The translations under genes were made by a program, and so were the position numbers. 64,000 bases of DNA from NCBI GenBank assembly GCA_977020255.1, contig CDROCS010002834.1:434001-498000 (forward strand), read 5' to 3'. This document shows, one piece after another, positions 1 to 11,136 of this stretch (the stretch's first letter is position 1; each line of letters starts with the position of its first letter). The notes beneath the pieces were generated by a model. The model saw only the letters and a list, made by a program, of their open reading frames with translations. It searched no databases and had not been told where the DNA came from. This DNA is from Obrimoposthia wandeli. Lineage: Eukaryota.

Positions 1-550
1 ATATGAAGGCGCACTCAACGTTTACGGTTACTCAAAGCAGCAATTCGACAACTATGTTCGTCGTATTTGGTTAGACGCCGAAGAGCGTGGCGAGAAGCTA
101 TCTCAGATCACAGGTTTCCGTTACTTCAACGTATATGGCCCTCGTGAACAACACAAAGGCAGCATGGCCTCTGTGGCATTCCACCTAAACACTCAAATTA
201 CTGAAGGCAAAAATCCCAAGCTATTTGAAGGTTCAACTATTTTCAAACGAGATTTTGTCTATGTTGGCGACGTTTGTAAAATGAACCTGTGGTTCTTAGA
301 AAATAGCGTTTCAGGTATTTTTAACTGCGGTACGGGTAATGCTGAATCATTCCAAGCTGTTGCTGATGCTGCCATCAAGCACCACGGAAAAGGCGAAGTT
401 GAAATCGTTCCTTTCCCAGCACACCTAGAAGGGCGCTACCAAAAATATACCCAAGCAGATCTTACGAAAGTACGTGCTGCTGGCTATGATGCGCCGTTTA
501 AATCAGTTGCTGAAGGTGTCGCTGAGTACATGGCAATATTGAATAAATAG
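1..550 (+). CDS. hldD: ADP-L-glycero-D-manno-heptose 6-epimerase, 5' part outside the window
   Basis: The frame is open from base 2: [18 protein letters not shown] (SDR YxxxK), [45 protein letters not shown]. The listed ORF 164..550 is only its C-terminal part. Confidence 0.95.
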   Translation, partial: YEGALNVYGYSKQQFDNYVRRIWLDAEERGEKLSQITGFRYFNVYGPREQHKGSMASVAFHLNTQITEGKNPKLFEGSTIFKRDFVYVGDVCKMNLWFLENSVSGIFNCGTGNAESFQAVADAAIKHHGKGEVEIVPFPAHLEGRYQKYTQADLTKVRAAGYDAPFKSVAEGVAEYMAILNK

Positions 551-566
551 ATCGCGAAGAAGCTCA

Positions 567-1529
567 ATGAAAGATCACTACGATAAAAAAGCTTATAACC
601 CTGAATTCAAATGGGGGTTTATACACCCCAAATATTGGGGAACTTGGCTAGCAGTGCTAATCGCACTGCCTTTTGCGTTACTGCCAAACAATGTTCGCCG
701 AGTATTCGCAACGTTTTGTACTGACATACTGTTGAAATCCAAAAGTGGTGCCAACAAGCGTGCCCGTATTAACTTAACGCTTTGTTTTCCAGAAAAGACC
801 GATGACGAACGTGAAGTCATCCTTCGTAATATGTATATCACCGCAGCAACGTTTTTGATGGGGTTCGCCTCCGTATCACTGCGCAGTAAACAATGGCTAG
901 CGGAAAACAGCGAAATCAAAAACGAGCATTACCTTACGTCTTTGACTGAGGCTGGAGAGAATGTCATCTTGCTCGTGCCTCATACTTGGGCAATCGACAT
1001 CCCTGCAATTTTACTCGCATCGCGCGGTCTACCAGTATCGGCAATGGCAAAGAGGCAAAAGAATGAAGTTCTTGATTGGCTCATGCACGTTCAGCGTGTT
1101 CAGTATGGTGGTCGAGTCTACGAGCGTGAGGGCGGAATAAAGCCCTTTATTAAATCAATTCGAGATGGTTACTTAGGCTATTATCTGCCAGATGAAGATC
1201 TTGGACCAGACCACAGTGTGTTCGTTGATTTTTTTGCGACCACCAAAGCCACAATGGCAGGTTTAGGCAAGCTTTCAAAAGTAAGCAGAGCGAAAATCGT
1301 TCCTCTTTTTGCCATGTATAATGCTGAAACAGGAAAATTTGAGATTGAAGTCTTACCCGCATTAGAGCCATTTCCTAATGCAGATGAAGCTCTTGATGCT
1401 CGTGCTATGAATATTGCTATCGAGACCTTTGTCAATCCACGCCCAGAGCAATATATGTGGATATTGAAGCTACTGAAAACTCGCCCTAAGGGTGAAATAG
1501 AACCATATTTGAGAAATATTAATGAATAG
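567..1529 (+). CDS. lpxM: Lipid A late (myristoyl-type) acyltransferase
   Basis: HPKYWGTWL N-terminus, catalytic HTWAID (HxxxxD), YLPDED, PEQYMWILKLLKTRP. Lies downstream of hldD as in Vibrionaceae. Confidence 0.88.
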   Translation: MKDHYDKKAYNPEFKWGFIHPKYWGTWLAVLIALPFALLPNNVRRVFATFCTDILLKSKSGANKRARINLTLCFPEKTDDEREVILRNMYITAATFLMGFASVSLRSKQWLAENSEIKNEHYLTSLTEAGENVILLVPHTWAIDIPAILLASRGLPVSAMAKRQKNEVLDWLMHVQRVQYGGRVYEREGGIKPFIKSIRDGYLGYYLPDEDLGPDHSVFVDFFATTKATMAGLGKLSKVSRAKIVPLFAMYNAETGKFEIEVLPALEPFPNADEALDARAMNIAIETFVNPRPEQYMWILKLLKTRPKGEIEPYLRNINE

Positions 1530-2721
1530 AGCACATGTAGTAAAATGGTTAATTTATTTACCCTTTATTTGGCTTTTTACCGGAATGTTCTGGTCTGGGA
1601 ACGGTGATAAAGTGCTAGCAACGCTTATCATCATATCCTCTTTAACCTCCATTATTTATTTTAAAGGAGCGACAGTAAAAGAGAATTGGCACAACAGTAA
1701 ATGGCTTTGGTTATTAGCTACGGCATCTCTTTATGCACTGTTCTCTTACTATTATCATGATTTTAGTGGTCGAGAGATGAGAGCTACGATAGGGGCATTT
1801 TTACTGCTACTCACATTCCCAAAACTGTTTACCCTAAAAGATAAGTATATTGTCTATTTACTTGCTATCGCAGGTACTGTTGGGGTAGCTTTCACCAGTT
1901 ATTACGGTATATATGAAAAAATTGAACGATACAATTGGCCTATCAACGCACTTCCTTACGCCACCATATGCAGCGTAGTCGCAATAGTTTCATTATCATT
2001 TTTGCTCTCTACAAAAGCACATCGACTGATAACTAGCTATGCGCTGTTCATGTCGATAGTCGCAATATTGTTAAGCGAAAGCCGTGGGGTATTTATCGCC
2101 GTTATTGTTGCTAGCCTACTCATATCAGTCTTATTTATTGCCCGAAATAGGATAACTAAAAAAACACTCATCGTATTGTGCCTCGGTATTAGTATTTCAA
2201 GTATTATCGTCTGGCCACTGGTTGAGACTCGTATACAAGAAACACAATATGAACTTAGCCAAATCCAACAAAGCAACCTAAACACCTCGTTTGGGCTCAG
2301 GCTTCAGTTTTGGCAAATGACACCCGACCTAGTCAGCAAGTCCCCAATTATTGGCATCGGTGGCAATTTAACCGAAGCGATTGATGCCTTATACGCTGAA
2401 GGACTAGCGTCAAAAGATGCTCATAATTATCGTCCCGCACATATGCATAACCAATTTATTGATAAATTAATTAAAAATGGCATTATTGGTCTTGCTCTTT
2501 TGCTTCTCATACTATTATATCCATTAGGTCTACTTCGTAAGCTCCCCCCCTTTGGTCAATTTATCACCATCGGGCTAATAACCTTATATGGTATCTCTGG
2601 ACTTACTGACATGCCCCTCTATCATGGTCAAAGTCTTGCCTTGTACTTACTTTGTATTGGGTTAACAATGAGATTAAATACTTTTGAAAATAAAGTAACA
2701 ACTGATAATCTAACCCAATAA
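1522..2721 (+). CDS. waaL: O-antigen ligase family (Wzy_C) membrane protein
   Basis: About 12 hydrophobic segments with LSESRG, SFGLRLQFW, PIIGIG and HMHNQFI motifs. Overlaps the lpxM stop by 8 nt. Confidence 0.8.
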   Translation: MNRAHVVKWLIYLPFIWLFTGMFWSGNGDKVLATLIIISSLTSIIYFKGATVKENWHNSKWLWLLATASLYALFSYYYHDFSGREMRATIGAFLLLLTFPKLFTLKDKYIVYLLAIAGTVGVAFTSYYGIYEKIERYNWPINALPYATICSVVAIVSLSFLLSTKAHRLITSYALFMSIVAILLSESRGVFIAVIVASLLISVLFIARNRITKKTLIVLCLGISISSIIVWPLVETRIQETQYELSQIQQSNLNTSFGLRLQFWQMTPDLVSKSPIIGIGGNLTEAIDALYAEGLASKDAHNYRPAHMHNQFIDKLIKNGIIGLALLLLILLYPLGLLRKLPPFGQFITIGLITLYGISGLTDMPLYHGQSLALYLLCIGLTMRLNTFENKVTTDNLTQ

Positions 2722-2774
2722 TTGAACTATTCATCACAAGATAATTCAAAAGCCTTAGGATTAATGTATTTATA

Positions 2775-3557
2775 ATGAAAATAACTTTATTAATAACAAC
2801 TTACAACTGGAAAGAGGCTCTAGAGGTTGTTCTTGAAAGTGTACTCAATCAAACGCATTTACCAGACGAAGTTATCATTGCAGATGATGGTTCAAGAGAT
2901 GATACACGAGCAATAATCACCAGCATGCAAGAGTCATTTCCAGTCCCCCTAATACACTCATGGATGCCCGATGATGGTTTTCAACTATCTCGCAGCCGAA
3001 ATAAAGCAATCTCCATTGCTTCCGGTGATTATATTCTGATGGTCGATGGGGATATTTATCTATCTCCAACATTTATAGAATCACATAAATCTACCGCCAG
3101 AAAAGGCTGGTTTATCCAAGGCAGCCGTGTAATGGCAAGAAGCAAGATAACAAAAAAAATACTTGAAGAAAAAATTGCTCCTAATTTTTTTTCATGCAAT
3201 ATAAATAATCGACATAATGCTATTTCCAATCAGCTAATAAGCCGTTTAGCCTCAAAAGAAAAAAATAACACCATTAAAACTCGAGGCTGTAATATGGCAT
3301 TCTGGCGAGAAGATGTCCTTGCCGTAAATGGTTTTAATCAAGATTTTATTGGCTGGGGTAGCGAGGATAATGAGTTCACTTTACGCATGCTCCACTTAGG
3401 TCGACGACGCCTTTACCTGAAATTTTCGGGCACTTGCTACCACCTTCACCACAATGAAAACTCTCGCGAGATGCTCACAGAAAATAGACAAATACTCGAA
3501 CAAACAACTTCTCAGAAGCTAATCCGTTGCAAAAATGGTATAGATCAATACTTATAA
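2775..3557 (+). CDS. Glycosyltransferase family 2 (LPS core)
   Basis: ITTYNW, IIADDGSRD, RNKAI, MVDGD (DXD), GCNMAFW, GFNQDFIGWGSED. Confidence 0.88.
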   Translation: MKITLLITTYNWKEALEVVLESVLNQTHLPDEVIIADDGSRDDTRAIITSMQESFPVPLIHSWMPDDGFQLSRSRNKAISIASGDYILMVDGDIYLSPTFIESHKSTARKGWFIQGSRVMARSKITKKILEEKIAPNFFSCNINNRHNAISNQLISRLASKEKNNTIKTRGCNMAFWREDVLAVNGFNQDFIGWGSEDNEFTLRMLHLGRRRLYLKFSGTCYHLHHNENSREMLTENRQILEQTTSQKLIRCKNGIDQYL

Positions 3558-3599
3558 TAAAGGTGGCTATATATGTCACCTCTATTACAATTCACAGCA

Positions 3600-4571
3600 T
3601 TAATTTTTATCAAAAGGTAGCTTTTTAAAATTAGATATTTGCTCACCTATACTTTGATTTAATAGATGACCGTTTATTACTTTTTCATATTTATCAATAT
3701 ATGAAGCAGCCATAACATCAGCATTAAACTTGTCACGAGAGTATTCGTGGCAATGAATGGGATTAAAAGAATCAGCATTCGAAACAGCTGTCACAAGATC
3801 AGCCTCATCTGCAGATAGCACACCAACATCGCTCCCCACTAATTCAGGTAAAGAGCCATAAGGAGTACCGAATACTGGGCAACCAAAAAATAAGCTTTCG
3901 CTAATAGCCAAGCCAAAAGGCTCATGCCATGTTACAGGAAAAACTAAGCCTTTTGATTTACTCATTATTTCTGCTTTCGCGTTATCATCAACCATGCCCA
4001 TAAAATTGACATGACGGTCAAGTGTACACCGAAAGCCCATTTTAAAGTTTATTCTATTTCCACCTAGTACATCTAAAGGCACTTTCGCCTTTCGTGTAAT
4101 ATCGATAGCACCTTGAACATTTTTCACTCGCCATGCAGCTTTACCGAGAAAATGAAAGCGCTGCCTGTGAGCCTGTAGATCTGGCTGATGATAGTTATCC
4201 CAATTTAATCCGTTATAAACAAAACTTTCAGCACCATGGTTAATGGCATGCTGCTGTGAGACAAAAATCGTATTAGGGTTGATAACCCCATGTGAATTAC
4301 CATGTTGGGTTATAACATACGGCGTATCAATATCTTCAAGCTTCGAATGAAAATGAACAATATCAACATCCACTGGAATTTGAGAATCTAAAGACTGAGT
4401 AGGATTATATTCAATGACTCTCGCCCATTCACATTGTGTACCTTTACCCGCCAATAAAGTCACATTGTGATTTTGTAGATGCAAGCTATAAACAAGATCC
4501 CAAATAACACGCTCTGTTCCACCGTAATTTTTAACGGGTAATGTGGCATGAGTATAAATCAGAATATTCAT
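3600..4571 (-). CDS. Glycosyltransferase family 4 (GT-B)
   Basis: YGGTERVI N-terminal motif and EPFGLAISE (ExFGLxxxE) C-terminal motif. Confidence 0.85.
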   Translation of the reverse strand: MNILIYTHATLPVKNYGGTERVIWDLVYSLHLQNHNVTLLAGKGTQCEWARVIEYNPTQSLDSQIPVDVDIVHFHSKLEDIDTPYVITQHGNSHGVINPNTIFVSQQHAINHGAESFVYNGLNWDNYHQPDLQAHRQRFHFLGKAAWRVKNVQGAIDITRKAKVPLDVLGGNRINFKMGFRCTLDRHVNFMGMVDDNAKAEIMSKSKGLVFPVTWHEPFGLAISESLFFGCPVFGTPYGSLPELVGSDVGVLSADEADLVTAVSNADSFNPIHCHEYSRDKFNADVMAASYIDKYEKVINGHLLNQSIGEQISNFKKLPFDKN

Positions 4572-5047
4572 CGAACGACCTTAGCTAATATCGCCTGATT
4601 AACGATCTCAGGCACAAACGTCGAGACATCACCACCATGGATTGCGACTTCCCGCACTAAGGTCGATGATAGAAATGCAAACTCTTCTGACGGTGTCAAA
4701 AATAAACTTTCTAAATTAGGGTTCAAGCGACGATACATCGTCGTAAGACCAAACTCATATTCAAAGTCCATCGTTGTACGCAGCCCTCGAACTAACACGG
4801 TTGCACTTTGCTCTGCAGCAAAATCAACCAACAGCCCAGTAAAACCTGCTATTTTCACATTATCCAAAGACTTACATGTCTTATTGAGCAACTCAACTCT
4901 TTCGTCAAGGCTGAATAATGTTTTTTTGCTGGGGCTAGATGCAACACCCACTATAACTTCATCAAAGATATCGGCTGCACGCCTTATCAAATCAAAATGA
5001 CCATTAGTCACAGGATCAAACGTGCCTGGGTATATCGCTTTTTTCAT
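4568..5047 (-). CDS. coaD: Phosphopantetheine adenylyltransferase
   Basis: [46 protein letters not shown]. Start placed at MKKAI; the ORF track extends it to 5062. Confidence 0.96.
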   Translation of the reverse strand: MKKAIYPGTFDPVTNGHFDLIRRAADIFDEVIVGVASSPSKKTLFSLDERVELLNKTCKSLDNVKIAGFTGLLVDFAAEQSATVLVRGLRTTMDFEYEFGLTTMYRRLNPNLESLFLTPSEEFAFLSSTLVREVAIHGGDVSTFVPEIVNQAILAKVVR

Positions 5048-5058
5048 CGTATTATCCA

Positions 5059-6105
5059 TCAATTAGTATGCTGCGCTAAAACACGATCTAACATGTCAAT
5101 AACAGATTGGGTTCCGATCAGTGACATATGCCCTTTCCCCTTAATCCTTGTTCCCCATTTTAGCTCTTCTGCGGGTTTCCCGTATTGTTGCAGCACTAGC
5201 GATTCATAGACTGACACCACCCATGGCTGAGATAAATACGGCCCTGTTCGCTTCGGATTACTGTGGGCGTATAAACCAATAACAGGGGTATTTTGTGTCG
5301 TCGCTATGTGTGCAGGGCCGGAATCTGGAGCAATAACAACTTGTGCTTGGTTAATCAACGCGACTAGCTGTTTTAATGATGTTTGACCAATTAAGTTGAC
5401 CACATCGTGCTGGCAAAATTGCTCAATTTGCTTCCCTAATCGCTGTTCTCGTTCCGTCGGTGACCCACAAAGAACAACCTTTATCCCTTTGCGAACCGCA
5501 TGATCTGCGACAGCAGCATAGCGCTCCGGTAACCAATTACGTTCATCTTTGCTCGCAGCAGGACAAATAATTAAACTTGGAACTGAAATATATTGCTGAG
5601 CAAACGTAACATCAGCTTCTGTGACAGGGATAGTCCAAGACGGCACCGTAAAAGGCACACCGATAAACCGGACAAAATCAGCCAAGTTATCTAAAACATG
5701 ATACGAGATAGAATCTGGTAGCTTTCGATTAGTAAAAAGCCACTGGGCTTCTTTTGCCCGTCGCCAACTGTACCCAACACGGTACTTTGCTTTAATGCCT
5801 GCCGATAACAAACTCGCCCTTAAAGCTAACTGCATATGCAACAAAGCATCAAAACGTTGCCCAGATAGTCTAGACCAAACCTGACGCATCCCTTTCATAC
5901 CTTGAGACTTATCAAATACAATAACCTCAATACCAGGTAAGTCATGAATGAGCTGACTTTCAGTCTTACCGGTGATCCACGTGATTTTACATTGTGGCCA
6001 ATACTGCTGAATTTGCTGCACAACAGCAATGGTATGACACACATCTCCAATTGCAGACAAGCGCAGAATACAAATTGACGTCGGCGGAGCATCAAATAAC
6101 GACAT
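5059..6105 (-). CDS. Glycosyltransferase family 9, OpsX-like heptosyltransferase I
   Basis: [35 protein letters not shown]. This subtype acts on phosphorylated Kdo in Vibrio/Haemophilus. Confidence 0.82.
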   Translation of the reverse strand: MSLFDAPPTSICILRLSAIGDVCHTIAVVQQIQQYWPQCKITWITGKTESQLIHDLPGIEVIVFDKSQGMKGMRQVWSRLSGQRFDALLHMQLALRASLLSAGIKAKYRVGYSWRRAKEAQWLFTNRKLPDSISYHVLDNLADFVRFIGVPFTVPSWTIPVTEADVTFAQQYISVPSLIICPAASKDERNWLPERYAAVADHAVRKGIKVVLCGSPTEREQRLGKQIEQFCQHDVVNLIGQTSLKQLVALINQAQVVIAPDSGPAHIATTQNTPVIGLYAHSNPKRTGPYLSQPWVVSVYESLVLQQYGKPAEELKWGTRIKGKGHMSLIGTQSVIDMLDRVLAQHTN

Positions 6106-6110
6106 TCACA

Positions 6111-7220
6111 TCACCTAAGTGGTATAAGTTCTTGAACGGCATCAACTAAGCGCTGTGCCGAAATATCTTGTAAGCAAGGTGAATAAAAATCATCACTGAT
6201 TTGGCACTTATTTTTATAACACGGCACACAACTACGTTCAGATTGCAGTACAGCAACATTATTGATGATTTGCTTCACGGGAATACGATTTTTATAAATA
6301 TTTTCAGTTTCATTAACGGGTAAATCATACGGCCATGGTGACCACATACTCGCCGGAGCGACACTAATGATCGAAACAATCGGGATCGGATAACCAGAAG
6401 CCATATGCCCCGGGCCGCTGTCTGGTCCGACAAACCCCATACTGTGTTTAATCAATGTAGAGGTTTGAGCCAACGATAATTCACCCGCAACATTAATCCA
6501 GTCTCCATCGAGCGTTTTGCTTATCTGAGCAACTATCTGCCGATCTCGATCGGAGTTAGCACCAGTTAAAACAATCCGATAACCAAGACTAAGCAGCTGA
6601 GTGATTGATTGCTGCCAATATTCGACAGGCCATTGCTTTATTTCATTCGAGGAAGGCGTATGAACAACAATATATTGTTTTGGCAGTTTATCTATAATGT
6701 GTATGGGTAAGTCCGCTTCTGGCGATACCACAATCGCTTTTTTAGGTATATCAAGTGGCTCCAGAATACGTAAATTTCGACTTAGCCTATGTTCATAATT
6801 ATCTTGCTCAAAGACATAATCGGTATATACCCACTTTTTAAACCATGCACTTTTTTCTTGTCGATCGACAATCCCCAAGCGCCTTTTACCAAAGACCCAG
6901 CTATAAATTGCGGTACGATCGGTTTGTCGATCGTTAACAACAACATCGTATGCACGGAAGTAGTGCTTAATTAACCTTAAGTAATCTTTTGGCTTTGGTT
7001 TTAATGAAATAGATATCAGATTACTGATGTCGGCATTGCCATTAAAAACCATTCGCCCACGATCAGTAACAAGCACATCTATTTCAGCTTGAGGGTAAGC
7101 ATTTCTTAAGCTTCTCGTTAGGCAAGTGGACAGCAGGCTGTCACCAATACAGTGAGTCGCGATGACTAAGATTTTTTGAACGTTTCTCGATGTTTTCATA
7201 ACGAAATGAGTTGGCAGCAA
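6111..7220 (-). CDS. Glycosyltransferase family 9 (WaaQ-like heptosyltransferase)
   Basis: KILVIATHCIGDSLL, KQWPVEYW, FVGPDSGPGHMA. Confidence 0.8.
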   Translation of the reverse strand: MLPTHFVMKTSRNVQKILVIATHCIGDSLLSTCLTRSLRNAYPQAEIDVLVTDRGRMVFNGNADISNLISISLKPKPKDYLRLIKHYFRAYDVVVNDRQTDRTAIYSWVFGKRRLGIVDRQEKSAWFKKWVYTDYVFEQDNYEHRLSRNLRILEPLDIPKKAIVVSPEADLPIHIIDKLPKQYIVVHTPSSNEIKQWPVEYWQQSITQLLSLGYRIVLTGANSDRDRQIVAQISKTLDGDWINVAGELSLAQTSTLIKHSMGFVGPDSGPGHMASGYPIPIVSIISVAPASMWSPWPYDLPVNETENIYKNRIPVKQIINNVAVLQSERSCVPCYKNKCQISDDFYSPCLQDISAQRLVDAVQELIPLR

Positions 7221-7274
7221 ATATGTATTACCTGTTAGTATGCCATAAATTCATTCGATCATTTATCTTATTCT

Positions 7275-7979
7275 ATGCTCTCTACCCTTCGCTCAAACAA
7301 TACGACCTATTGGTTTTTTGATGAATTACTGACAGAGGATGTTGATACCGCATTCAATATTGAGTATTGGCAACATCGAAACGCCATTTTAGGCTCGGCT
7401 CAGGGCCGTGGGACAACCTGGTTTTTACAAGGTAAAGTCATCGACATGGCACTTCGACACTATCATCGTGGTGGATTATTTGGAAAATTAGTCAGCGACC
7501 ATTACTTTTTCACAGGGTGGAAACGTACCCGTTCATACCAAGAACTCACCCTTCTAAATACGCTTATCCGAAATAATGTCAATGTACCCAAGCCCATTGC
7601 CGCAAAAGTAACCCGTAGAGGGCTAGTATATCAAGCTGATATATTAGTAGAAAAAATTGATGGCGCACAAGATCTAGTCGCATTACTAAAGCAGCAAAAA
7701 CTACCAGCATTCTTGTGGAAAAAAATTGGGCAGGAGATCCGTAAAATGCATAATGGTCAGGTTTGCCACACCGATTTGAATGCACATAATATACTGATAG
7801 ATCATAATGAAAAAGTATGGATTATTGATTTTGATAAGTGCTATCAGAAACGCAAAAATAACTGGAAAGACAATAATATTGAACGCTTGAAACGCTCATT
7901 TTGCAAAGAGGTTATAAAAGCTAACATCTATTGGGATCAAACAGATTGGCAATATTTGCTAGATGGCTACTCTCAATAA
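7275..7979 (+). CDS. kdkA: 3-deoxy-D-manno-octulosonic acid (Kdo) kinase
   Basis: GSAQGRGTTWF, LRHYHRGGLFGK, HTDLNAHNIL, WIIDFDK. Confidence 0.93.
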   Translation: MLSTLRSNNTTYWFFDELLTEDVDTAFNIEYWQHRNAILGSAQGRGTTWFLQGKVIDMALRHYHRGGLFGKLVSDHYFFTGWKRTRSYQELTLLNTLIRNNVNVPKPIAAKVTRRGLVYQADILVEKIDGAQDLVALLKQQKLPAFLWKKIGQEIRKMHNGQVCHTDLNAHNILIDHNEKVWIIDFDKCYQKRKNNWKDNNIERLKRSFCKEVIKANIYWDQTDWQYLLDGYSQ

Positions 7980-8034
7980 GAGCGGGCCGTTCTGTCAAAA
8001 CAACATTAGGCTTATTATCACCTTCAATATATTG

Positions 8035-8777
8035 CTAATATTTTTTTATATTCTCAAATAATTTCTTGTTTTTCTTCCTAAAATTACTCAGGATATGCAT
8101 CCTATAATTATCCTTAAACCAACTCCTAATGGCAGCTTTTACTCCTGCACATTCATTACTCAACTCACTTGCAAACAAGCCACTCTTACTGCCTTGTCGA
8201 ACTAATGGTGGGTGTACCCAGAAAATATTATATTGAATATCATCTCTTACGTTCCCAATCAGTCCATCGATAGGAGTATCAATAACGGTTTCCTCTATAT
8301 ATTTGACCATCTTTTTGGCAAAAGCTAGATCATAGATATATCCACCCAATTTATTTGTTTTGCATAAGTATAGGCTTTGTTCTTTTTTCTGACTGATATG
8401 GGAACTAAACTAGATGCTTCTTCAATATTAACAAAATAATTTGATTCACTCTTTAACTCAGACTGAATATTTTCTAAACATAAGCCGAAATCTGCATGAA
8501 GAAGGACATCATCTTCAAATATAAGGGCTTGCTGAATATTATCCTTTACCACCTTCTTCATGACTAAATAATGCTTATAGAAGCAAGATTTCTGTGCATC
8601 GGTTAACACATCGGAAAAAAACGATTGGTGGATATCATCCGACAGGTCATCGATATCACCTCGAAGCATGTACTCATATTCAGTGAGACCAATTTCGGGT
8701 AAATGCGTATCAATGTGGGCGCGGCGGTCTTCATACCCTTTGCTCACGTGGATAATATACGTTTTAATCATACTCAT
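8035..8777 (-). pseudogene. Glycosyltransferase family 25 (Lex2B/LgtB-like) split by a 1-bp frameshift in an A6 tract
   Basis: ORF 8325..8777 has TYIIHV..YEDRR, SCFYKH and LIFEDD (GT25). ORF 8035..8349 has GGYIYD, TPIDGL and QGSKSG. Adding one A to the run at 8383-8388 joins them (RKKEQSLYLCKTNKLGGY) into a 247-aa ORF. Confidence 0.8.
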
Positions 8778-8780
8778 TTC

Positions 8781-10076
8781 CTAAATCACAGAGTCCACAT
8801 TCAAGAGTGTTTTATTTACTGCGCCTTGATTTTTCAATACCACATTATAAGCCGCATTTCCTGCTTGCTCTAAAGCAGAAGCATCAAGTAATAATGCTGC
8901 AATATGATGTGCAAGCTCATCACTGGAGTAACAGACATTCAGTGCATCAACATCAATAAGCTGTTGCGCTAAATCGGCAAAGTTAAAATAACTAGGCCCG
9001 GAAAGGCAAGGTTTAGCCAAAGCGGCAGGTTCAATAAAGTTGTGCCCTCCCACTTTATCTCCGACTAAACTTCCGCCCATAAATACAATGTCTGACGCTG
9101 CAAACATTGTCATCATTTCTCCCATCGTATCGCCAAGGTAGATATCGACAGTATCATGTAATTTGTCGCCTGATGATTGCGTTCTTCTCTCGATATTATA
9201 GCCAAGGTTTACCGCTAATTCAGCCACTGGACTAAAGCGTTCGGGATGTCGAGGAACCAAAATCAACAGTAGGTTTTCAATCTTTATCTTTGCGACTCTA
9301 AAGGCCTCGATTATCTGCTCATCTTCACCCTGATGGGTACTCGCGGCAATCCAAACCGGACGTTGCTGTCCCAAATAACCCCGTAATTGCAGACCTTGCT
9401 CGATCACTTGTGCATTAACGGAGATATCAAACTTTATCGACCCTGTTACTTCAAGACGATGGGGCTCCACCCCTAGCGATTTAAAGCGTTGGGCATCATC
9501 CTCATGAAGACACAGCACCTTATCCACATTCGCAATGGTTTGACGCATTAAACCACCCAATTTACGGTAGCGATGCAACGAACGTTCAGATAAACGACCG
9601 TTAATCAGTATAATTGGAATGTTTTTTTGCTTAACAGCCTGAAGTGTATTGGGCCAAAGTTCGGTTTCAATAATCAACATCGCCTTGGGCTGAATAATCT
9701 TGAGGAAACCTTTCACACACCACGAAAAATCAATCGGCATATAACGGTGGATAATACCATGACCGAGTTGCTCAACCCGTTGAGCGCCAGTACTTGTGGT
9801 TGTTGTTACAACAATCGTTTGTTCGGGGTATCGTTTTTGCAATGCCTTGAGCAGCGGTATTGCCGCCATAACCTCTCCAACGGATACCGCATGTACCCAG
9901 ATCGGAGATTCTGCTGAAGTCTTTTCAGTTGGGTCCTTTAAAGCGGATGTAAAGCCAAAGTGCTCTTTCCAGCGACGTCCAAACGTCGGCTTTCCTTCTT
10001 TAGGCGCATATAGCCCCCATAGCAATAACGGACTTAATAGACTCAGTAGTAAAGTATAAATGGCTCGATAGATCAC
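8781..10076 (-). CDS. waaA: Kdo transferase
   Basis: IWVHAVSVGEV, IETELWPN, TGSIKFD, WIAASTHQGE, ILVPRHPERF, GDTMGEM, GGHNFIEPA. Confidence 0.96.
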   Translation of the reverse strand: MIYRAIYTLLLSLLSPLLLWGLYAPKEGKPTFGRRWKEHFGFTSALKDPTEKTSAESPIWVHAVSVGEVMAAIPLLKALQKRYPEQTIVVTTTTSTGAQRVEQLGHGIIHRYMPIDFSWCVKGFLKIIQPKAMLIIETELWPNTLQAVKQKNIPIILINGRLSERSLHRYRKLGGLMRQTIANVDKVLCLHEDDAQRFKSLGVEPHRLEVTGSIKFDISVNAQVIEQGLQLRGYLGQQRPVWIAASTHQGEDEQIIEAFRVAKIKIENLLLILVPRHPERFSPVAELAVNLGYNIERRTQSSGDKLHDTVDIYLGDTMGEMMTMFAASDIVFMGGSLVGDKVGGHNFIEPAALAKPCLSGPSYFNFADLAQQLIDVDALNVCYSSDELAHHIAALLLDASALEQAGNAAYNVVLKNQGAVNKTLLNVDSVI

Positions 10077-11131
10077 GCTTTAGCCCTTTGAATTTGCCTA
10101 TCCAGTGTCAATACCGCTTCAATCACTCGCTCGGGTGACAGCTCAGTTAAGCATTTCAGGTGTAATTTCGGGCACTCACGTTCAAAGCAAGGACGGCAGT
10201 CAATATCCGTATTTAATACGGCTAATTTATCCGTCAATGGCGGGGTATATTTAGGAGAACTGGATCCATAAAGTGCAACGACATTACAATCGACTGCTGC
10301 TGCAACATGCATCAAGCCAGAATCATTGCTGATCACAGTGCGGCACGCACCGATTAAATCAACCGCTTGGATAAGGCTTGTGTTACCCGCCAAATTATAG
10401 CAATAGCGTTGATTGTCGTTTTCAACACCATCAATAATGGCAGTCGTTACTTCCCTGTCTTTGGCTGAACCAAATAACCAAATCTGATAGCCTTGTTCAA
10501 TTAATGCATTCGCGGCTTGCGTAAAATGCGTTTCTGGCCAACGTTTAGCGGGACCGAATTCCGCTCCAGGACAGAGCCCGATCACTGGTCGATCACAGGT
10601 TAATCCAAACGTAGTTTTAGCGTGTAACTGTGCCTCATTAAATACGCTCAATTTCGGATAAGGTAAATCCTGTAAATTCCCTAAGCATCCACTACCTGTC
10701 ATCTCAGCTTTTGGGTGTCCCAATGCGATATAACGTTCCAACATGTATTGGAACGCTTTCTTATTTGAACGCAGATCAGTCAGCAAGCCATAGCGCATTT
10801 CGCCTTTCCAACCAATGCGTGATGGAATTTTAGCAAAAAATGGAATAAGCGCTGACTTGGCAGAGTTAGGTAATATATAAGCGTACTCATACCCTTTAGA
10901 GCGTAAAGCCACCCCCATTTGATAGCGGGACTTCAAATCAAACTGACCATGACCTAATGGCATATCAAGCGCTTCATTGACCTCAGGCATCCGTTCCAAA
11001 ATCGGTTTGCACCAAGCGGGAGCCAAAACATCTATCTTTGCCTCTGGGTATTGAGATTTAAGCTCAATATACAAGCCCTGAGACATAACCATATCTCCAA
11101 CCCACGATGGACCGACGACTAATATTTTCAT
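10073..11131 (-). CDS. waaF: ADP-heptose:LPS heptosyltransferase II
   Basis: MKILVVGPSWVGDMVMSQ, GWKGEMRYGLL, CPGAEFGPAKRWP, NDSGLMHVAAA. Confidence 0.95.
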   Translation of the reverse strand: MKILVVGPSWVGDMVMSQGLYIELKSQYPEAKIDVLAPAWCKPILERMPEVNEALDMPLGHGQFDLKSRYQMGVALRSKGYEYAYILPNSAKSALIPFFAKIPSRIGWKGEMRYGLLTDLRSNKKAFQYMLERYIALGHPKAEMTGSGCLGNLQDLPYPKLSVFNEAQLHAKTTFGLTCDRPVIGLCPGAEFGPAKRWPETHFTQAANALIEQGYQIWLFGSAKDREVTTAIIDGVENDNQRYCYNLAGNTSLIQAVDLIGACRTVISNDSGLMHVAAAVDCNVVALYGSSSPKYTPPLTDKLAVLNTDIDCRPCFERECPKLHLKCLTELSPERVIEAVLTLDRQIQRAKA

Positions 11132-11136
11132 ATAAC

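Noticed and set aside
8035-8349. 104-aa ORF as an independent gene
   Set aside because: It is the C-terminal half of the frameshifted GT25 gene (TTG 'start' inside the coding region).
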